A DNA stretch of 18,100 nucleotides, taken from assembly GCA_040901985.1 (NCBI GenBank), contig JBBDYC010000003.1:106333-124432 (forward strand), read 5' to 3'. The stretch is from Gemmatimonadaceae bacterium (GTDB lineage: Bacteria > Gemmatimonadota > Gemmatimonadetes > Gemmatimonadales > Gemmatimonadaceae). This document shows positions 14,758 to 18,100 of this stretch, piece after piece. Numbering within the stretch: the first letter of the stretch is position 1; each line of letters begins with the position of its first letter. The notes beneath the pieces were generated by a model. The model ran no database searches, was not told the origin of the DNA, and saw nothing but the letters and a program-made list of their open reading frames with translations. Made by a program: the position numbers and the translations under genes.

Positions 14758-16557
14758 TCAATCCACCTGCAGCACGGCCAGGAACGCCTCCTGCGGGATC
14801 TCCACCGAGCCCACCTGCTTCATCCGCTTCTTGCCCTCTTTCTGCTTCTCCAGGAGCTTGCGCTTCCGCGAGATGTCCCCGCCGTAGCACTTGGCCAGCA
14901 CGTCCTTCCGCAGCGCCTTGACCGTGGTCCGCGCGATCACCTTCTGCCCGATGGCCGCCTGGATCGCCACCTCAAAGAGCTGCCGCGGGATCAGTTCCTT
15001 CAGCTTGTCGGCGATCTTCCGCCCCCAGTCGTACGACTTGTCGGTGTGCGTGATCACCGAGAACGCGTCAATCGGGTCGCCGTTGATCAGCATGTCGAGC
15101 CGCACGAGCTTGGAGCTCCGGTAGCCGAGCATCTCGTAGTCGAGCGACGCATAGCCGCGCGTCAGGGACTTCATCTTGTCGAAGAAGTCGAGGATGATCT
15201 CGGCCAGCGGGAACTCCCAGTCAATCTCCACCCGCGCGGTGTCGAGATAGTGCATCCCCTTGTACTCGCCGCGCCGCTCGGTGCCGAGCGTCATGATCGC
15301 GCCGATGTACTCGCTCGGCATCATGATCCGCGCCTTCACGTACGGCTCCTCGACGTAGTCAATCACCGACGCCGACGGCATCAGCGCGGGGTTCTCGACC
15401 AAGAGTTCGGTGCCGTCGGTGAGGTGGACGTGGTACTCCACGCTCGGGACGGTGGTGACGAGGTCGAGGTCGAACTCGCGCTCGAGCCGCTCCTGCACAA
15501 TCTCCATATGGAGGAGCCCGAGGAAGCCGCAGCGGAAGCCGAAGCCGAGCGCGGTGGAGGACTCGGGCAGGTACTGGAGTGACGCGTCGTTGAGCTGGAG
15601 CTTCTCGAGCGCGTCGCGGAGGTCCTCGTACTGCTGCGTGTCGGTGGGATACACGCCGGCAAAGACGAACGACTTCACGGCCTGATAGCCCGGCAGCGGC
15701 TCGGCGGCCTTGCGCTCGGCGTCGAAGATCGTGTCGCCGGCGCGCGTCTCCTTCACCGACCGCACGTTGGCGACGACGAAGCCGACCTCGCCCGCGGTGA
15801 GCTGCGGCGTCACGACCTGGCGCAACTGGTTGTAGCCGACCTCGGCCACCTCGTACACGGCATCGGACGTGCCGAAGGTGATCTTTGTCCCCTTCTTCAG
15901 GACGCCGTCCACCACGCGCACGCTGGGGATGGCGCCCCGGTACTTGTCGTAGTACGAGTCGTAGATGAGCGCGCGCAGCGGGGCGTTGACGTCACCGCGC
16001 GGCGGTGGCACGCGCTGCACGACGGCTTCGAGCAGTTCGGGAATCCCGAGCCCTTCCTTCGCGCTGACGAGGAGGATGTCGTCGCTCCTGCAACCGAGGA
16101 GCTCCACGACCTCCTTGCGGCGCCGCTCGGGCTCGGCGCCGGGGAGGTCAATCTTGTTGAGGATCGGGATGATCTCGAGCCCCGCTTCCATTGCGAGGAA
16201 GAGGTTCGAGAGCGTCTGGGCCTGGATCCCCTGCGACGCGTCCACGACGAGGATCGCGCCTTCGCAGGCGGCGAGCGAGCGCGAGACCTCGTAGGTGAAG
16301 TCCACGTGCCCGGGGGTGTCAATCAGGTTGAGCTCGTAGGTCGTGCCGTCCTTGGCGTCGTACGACATCCGGACGGCGTTGAGCTTGATGGTGATGCCGC
16401 GTTCGCGCTCGAGGTCGAGCGTGTCGAGCACCTGCGCCTTCATCTCGCGCTTCTGGACCATACCCGTCGCCTCGATCAGCCGGTCGGCCAGGGTGGACTT
16501 CCCGTGGTCGATGTGGGCGACGATGCAGAAGTTGCGGATCAGGGACGGCGGGGTCAC
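14758..16557 (-). CDS. lepA: Translation elongation factor 4 (LepA)
   Basis: '[20 protein letters not shown]', 'ERERGITIK', 'DTPGHVDF', 'NKID', '[11 protein letters not shown]', and C-terminal '[25 protein letters not shown]'. GTG start. Confidence 0.98.
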   Translation of the reverse strand: MTPPSLIRNFCIVAHIDHGKSTLADRLIEATGMVQKREMKAQVLDTLDLERERGITIKLNAVRMSYDAKDGTTYELNLIDTPGHVDFTYEVSRSLAACEGAILVVDASQGIQAQTLSNLFLAMEAGLEIIPILNKIDLPGAEPERRRKEVVELLGCRSDDILLVSAKEGLGIPELLEAVVQRVPPPRGDVNAPLRALIYDSYYDKYRGAIPSVRVVDGVLKKGTKITFGTSDAVYEVAEVGYNQLRQVVTPQLTAGEVGFVVANVRSVKETRAGDTIFDAERKAAEPLPGYQAVKSFVFAGVYPTDTQQYEDLRDALEKLQLNDASLQYLPESSTALGFGFRCGFLGLLHMEIVQERLEREFDLDLVTTVPSVEYHVHLTDGTELLVENPALMPSASVIDYVEEPYVKARIMMPSEYIGAIMTLGTERRGEYKGMHYLDTARVEIDWEFPLAEIILDFFDKMKSLTRGYASLDYEMLGYRSSKLVRLDMLINGDPIDAFSVITHTDKSYDWGRKIADKLKELIPRQLFEVAIQAAIGQKVIARTTVKALRKDVLAKCYGGDISRKRKLLEKQKEGKKRMKQVGSVEIPQEAFLAVLQVD

Positions 16558-16599
16558 AGCGGAGGCGGTGCGGGAGGTATGGGTGTGGAGAAACCCCGA

Positions 16600-16678
16600 A
16601 AGCTACCCGGACGGGATGCGCCCTCCAAGGCCGCGGTACCGGTGCGCCTTGGAGCGCGCCGGGCGCTCCCATTAGGTT
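16600..16678. promoter_or_regulatory. Back-to-back sigma70-type promoters for lepA (-) and DUF58 (+)
   Basis: Minus strand: TTGGAG (16628-16623), 17 nt, TAGCTT (16605-16600). Plus strand: TTGGAG (16649-16654), 18 nt, TAGGTT (16673-16678). Confidence 0.55.
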
Positions 16679-16690
16679 TCACGGGCTGTG

Positions 16691-17617
16691 ATGGAGACTT
16701 CTTCAAACGCCGCGGTCCGTTCGCGTGCCGACCTGATGGATCCTGCCACCCTCGCGGCGCTTGGACGCCTCGAGGTGATTTCACGTTGGGTGGTGGACGG
16801 CGTCCTCAACGGCCTGCACCGCTCGCCGCGCAAGGGATTCTCGGTCGAGTTCGCCGAGCATCGTCCCTACCAGCCCGGCGACGACCTCCGCTTCATGGAC
16901 TGGAAGGTCGCCGCGCGTGCCGACCGCTGGCTCATCAAGCAGTACGAAGAGGAGACGAACCTCCGCGCGACGATCGTCCTTGACGTCAGCCGCTCGATGG
17001 ACTGGCGCTCGTCGCCGCTCCTGCTGACGAAGCTGGAGTACGCCGAGCGGATTGTCGCCGCGCTCTCGCTGCTCCTGCTGCGCCAGCGCGACGCCGTCGG
17101 CCTCATCCGGTTCGACTCGGAGGTACGCTCGGTGGTGCGTCCGGCCTCGCGGACCATCCAATGGAAGCGGATCATCGCCGCGCTCGGCGAGGCCGGCGCC
17201 GGGAGGGGGTCCGATGCGGCGGGCGCCTTGGTGCGCGCGGCCAACCTGATCAAGCGCCGCGGGATGGTGGTCCTGGTGTCCGATCTCCTGCTCGAGGCGC
17301 CCGAGGTGGACGACGCCGTGCGCGGGCTGCGCGCGCAGGGGCACGATGTGACGATCCTGCACCTCCTCGACCCCGCCGAACGCACCTTCGCGATGCCGTC
17401 GGGCGAGGCGCTCTTCGTGGACACGGAGGGCGATGCGGCGATGGCGGCGACGCCGGCCGACGTGCGCGACGCCTACGCGGCCACGGTGACCGAAGCGATG
17501 GATGAGTGGCGCGCGCGGTGTGCGGCGTCGGGGGCGTTCTACGAACCGATCCTCACCGACGCGCCGTTTGGCGTGCCGCTGCGCCGCGCCTTTGCGGCGC
17601 GCCAGCGCCTGCCGTGA
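16691..17617 (+). CDS. DUF58 domain protein (MoxR-associated, VWA-like)
   Basis: 'GLHRSPRKGFSVEFAEHRPYQPGDDLRFMDWK...R..IKQYEEETN', 'LDVSRSM', 'VLVSDLL', 'LDPAE'. Start is ATG 16691 or GTG 16688. Confidence 0.92.
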   Translation: METSSNAAVRSRADLMDPATLAALGRLEVISRWVVDGVLNGLHRSPRKGFSVEFAEHRPYQPGDDLRFMDWKVAARADRWLIKQYEEETNLRATIVLDVSRSMDWRSSPLLLTKLEYAERIVAALSLLLLRQRDAVGLIRFDSEVRSVVRPASRTIQWKRIIAALGEAGAGRGSDAAGALVRAANLIKRRGMVVLVSDLLLEAPEVDDAVRGLRAQGHDVTILHLLDPAERTFAMPSGEALFVDTEGDAAMAATPADVRDAYAATVTEAMDEWRARCAASGAFYEPILTDAPFGVPLRRAFAARQRLP

Positions 17618-18100
17618 GCTTCCTCGCCCCGTGGGGGCTCCTCCTCGCGGCGGCCGTCGCGGTGCCGCTGGTGCTCCACCTCCTCCGGCGCCGCACGGGC
17701 ACCCGCGTCGAGTTCCCAGCGGTGCGCTACCTCCTACGCGCCGAGAAGGAGCACGCGCGCGAGGTGCGGCTGCGGAATCTCCTCCTGATGATGCTCCGCG
17801 TCGCAATCGTCCTGGCGCTCGCGCTCGCGGTGGCGCGGCCGATCGGGCCGTTCCCCGGCACCGGCCATCCGCCGACGGCGATCGTTCTCGTGCTCGACAA
17901 CTCGCTCTCTTCGACGCTGGCGGGGAGCGAGGGCCCGCTGCTGTCGCGCCTCGTCGAGGCGGCGCGCGCGGTGCTGGCGCGCGCCGCGGCCGGCGATGCG
18001 GTCACGCTGGTCACGATGGACGGCGAGGTGGTGGGCGGCGCGACGGCGGCACTCGACGCCGCGCTGGCGCGGCTCGCGGCGCTCGATGGCGCCGGCGATC
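17614..18100 (+). CDS. BatA N-terminal double-TM domain plus VWA protein (3' truncated; absent from ORF track)
   Basis: GTG at 17614 overlaps the DUF58 stop (GTGA). Translates MSFLAPWGLLLAAAVAVPLVLHLLRRR..RVEFPAVRYL...RLRNLLLMMLRVAIVLALALAVARP (BatA-type), then MIDAS 'VLDNSLS'. Open to the window end. Confidence 0.88.
   Translation, partial: MSFLAPWGLLLAAAVAVPLVLHLLRRRTGTRVEFPAVRYLLRAEKEHAREVRLRNLLLMMLRVAIVLALALAVARPIGPFPGTGHPPTAIVLVLDNSLSSTLAGSEGPLLSRLVEAARAVLARAAAGDAVTLVTMDGEVVGGATAALDAALARLAALDGAGD

Overview
High-GC, gene-dense bacterial chromosomal window. The style of the Ser/Thr kinase-beta-propeller protein suggests Gemmatimonadota, but that is an inference. From left to right: (i) the 3' end of a TonB-dependent receptor (+); (ii) a tightly packed nine-gene minus-strand run, in transcription order ROK glucokinase, PfkB kinase, STAS-like/GHKL kinase, STAS-like/winged-HTH protein, stand-alone double-psi beta-barrel protein, Cys/Met-metabolism PLP enzyme, ftsE, ftsX, envC; (iii) a divergent membrane Ser/Thr kinase with TolB-like propeller, coupled to a GT2 glycosyltransferase (+); (iv) two tandem CNNM/CorB-type CBS membrane proteins downstream of lepA (-); (v) a divergent DUF58 gene and a BatA/VWA gene (+, runs off the window). 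I found no RNA genes, CRISPR arrays or mobile elements. The best candidate for an undescribed system is the three-gene module at 4675-6421. It looks like a partner-switching-type kinase with a STAS-wHTH substrate or transcription factor and no sigma factor or phosphatase in the window, it has a putative internal promoter, and it sits directly upstream of the trans-sulfuration gene and ftsEX-envC. Smaller signals are a 14-bp triple repeat giving stops in all three frames and a symmetric bidirectional promoter between lepA and DUF58.
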